In this document: positions 63,545 through 64,000 of the stretch, piece by piece
Layout of the letters: each line of letters opens with the position of its first letter
Numbering within the stretch: position 1 is the stretch's first letter
Assembly: GCF_010692685.1 (NCBI RefSeq)
Contig: NZ_JAAHGU010000008.1
Span: 105,619-169,618, forward strand
Source of the DNA: Okeania sp. SIO2F5
GTDB taxonomy: Bacteria; Cyanobacteriota; Cyanobacteriia; Cyanobacteriales; Microcoleaceae
Reading direction: 5' to 3'
DNA: 64,000 bases
Notes under the pieces: generated by a model
Told to the model about the DNA's origin: nothing
The model's database searches: none
What the model saw: the letters and a program-made list of their open reading frames with translations, nothing else
Translations under genes and position numbers: made by a program

Positions 63545-64000
63545 TTAACTAGCTAAATAATCATTCATATCTTGTTTTCTTTTACGAAGTTTACTTAGAG
63601 CTTCTCTTTCTATTTGTCGTACTCTTTCACGACTAATATTTAGGCGATCGCCAATTTTTGAGAGAGTCATACTTTGTCCATCCTCTAAGCCAAATCTTAA
63701 GGCCAAAACTTGCTTTTGTTGGGGAGTCAGGTCAGTCATAATTGATTCTAAATCACTACGCATGGAAGATTGGAGAGCATAATCTTCTGGAGAAGCTCCT
63801 GTATCTTCAAGTAGGTCTCCTAACTCCGTATCTTGATTGTCCCCTACTCGTAAATCTAGTGACAGAGGTAAGCGAGCGCGTTCCAAACATTCACGAATTT
63901 GTTTTGGAGTGAAACCTAGTTCTTCTGCTAGTTCATGGGTAGTGGCAGAGCGTCCTAACTCTTGAGTTAGTTGGCGTTGGGCTTTTTTGATCTTATTCAG
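63545..64000 (-). CDS. Sigma-70 family RNA polymerase sigma factor (group 1/2), C-terminal regions 3-4 only. The gene continues beyond the window.
   Basis: Region 4.2 HTH (LTPQQKQVLALRFGLEDGQSMTLSKIGDRLNISRERVRQIEREALSKLR) and region 3 upstream. The reading frame is open to the window edge. Confidence 0.8.
   Translation of the reverse strand: MNKIKKAQRQLTQELGRSATTHELAEELGFTPKQIRECLERARLPLSLDLRVGDNQDTELGDLLEDTGASPEDYALQSSMRSDLESIMTDLTPQQKQVLALRFGLEDGQSMTLSKIGDRLNISRERVRQIEREALSKLRKRKQDMNDYLAS

Overview
This is an AT-rich (roughly 35-38% GC) chromosomal segment from a cyanobacterium, probably a filamentous heterocyst-forming one (Nostocales). The attribution rests on three things in the sequence: many GCGATCGC (HIP1) octamers, abundant heptanucleotide tandem repeats (STRR-type, e.g. 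GAAGGAA, CCCCACT-like, AGTCAGA, GGAACAG, TTACAAG), and cyanobacteria-specific genes (hli, ycf39, DUF760, DUF192).

The backbone is housekeeping: proB, an M48 peptidase, murA, ald, a TrmH-family methyltransferase, lpdA, trpC, a class-V aminotransferase, nadK next to ycf39, pdxA, prolyl oligopeptidase, an APC amino-acid permease, TldD/PmbA, an NNP nitrate/nitrite transporter, a Nudix hydrolase and a partial sigma-70 gene. There are two tRNA-Leu genes, CAA on the minus strand and CAG on the plus strand.

The window is heavily colonised by small non-autonomous repeats. There are at least three MITE-like families with clear terminal inverted repeats, several shorter dispersed palindromic elements, and a degraded IS200/IS605-family tnpB.

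Accessory or unusual content:
- A three-gene cassette of unknown function at 31.8-35.5 kb: two winged-helix-like proteins and a Walker A/B NTPase whose C-terminal tail is helix-hairpin-helix-like.
- A ~0.93-kb array of about seven ~137-bp tandem units starting 8 nt after that cassette.
- An egtD-egtB ergothioneine core followed by a co-oriented DUF427 protein, two SAM methyltransferases and a PP-loop ATPase with a C-terminal Cys cluster.
- A stand-alone R-S-E-type ADP-ribosyltransferase-like gene abutting the dead tnpB.
- An orphan DUF104-like antitoxin next to a MITE.
- A ~170-bp element shared immediately upstream of the start codons of two unrelated genes.
- A 2-kb repeat-dense non-coding region with GC-rich islands.

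All functional calls rest on motif recognition by eye. No database searches were run.
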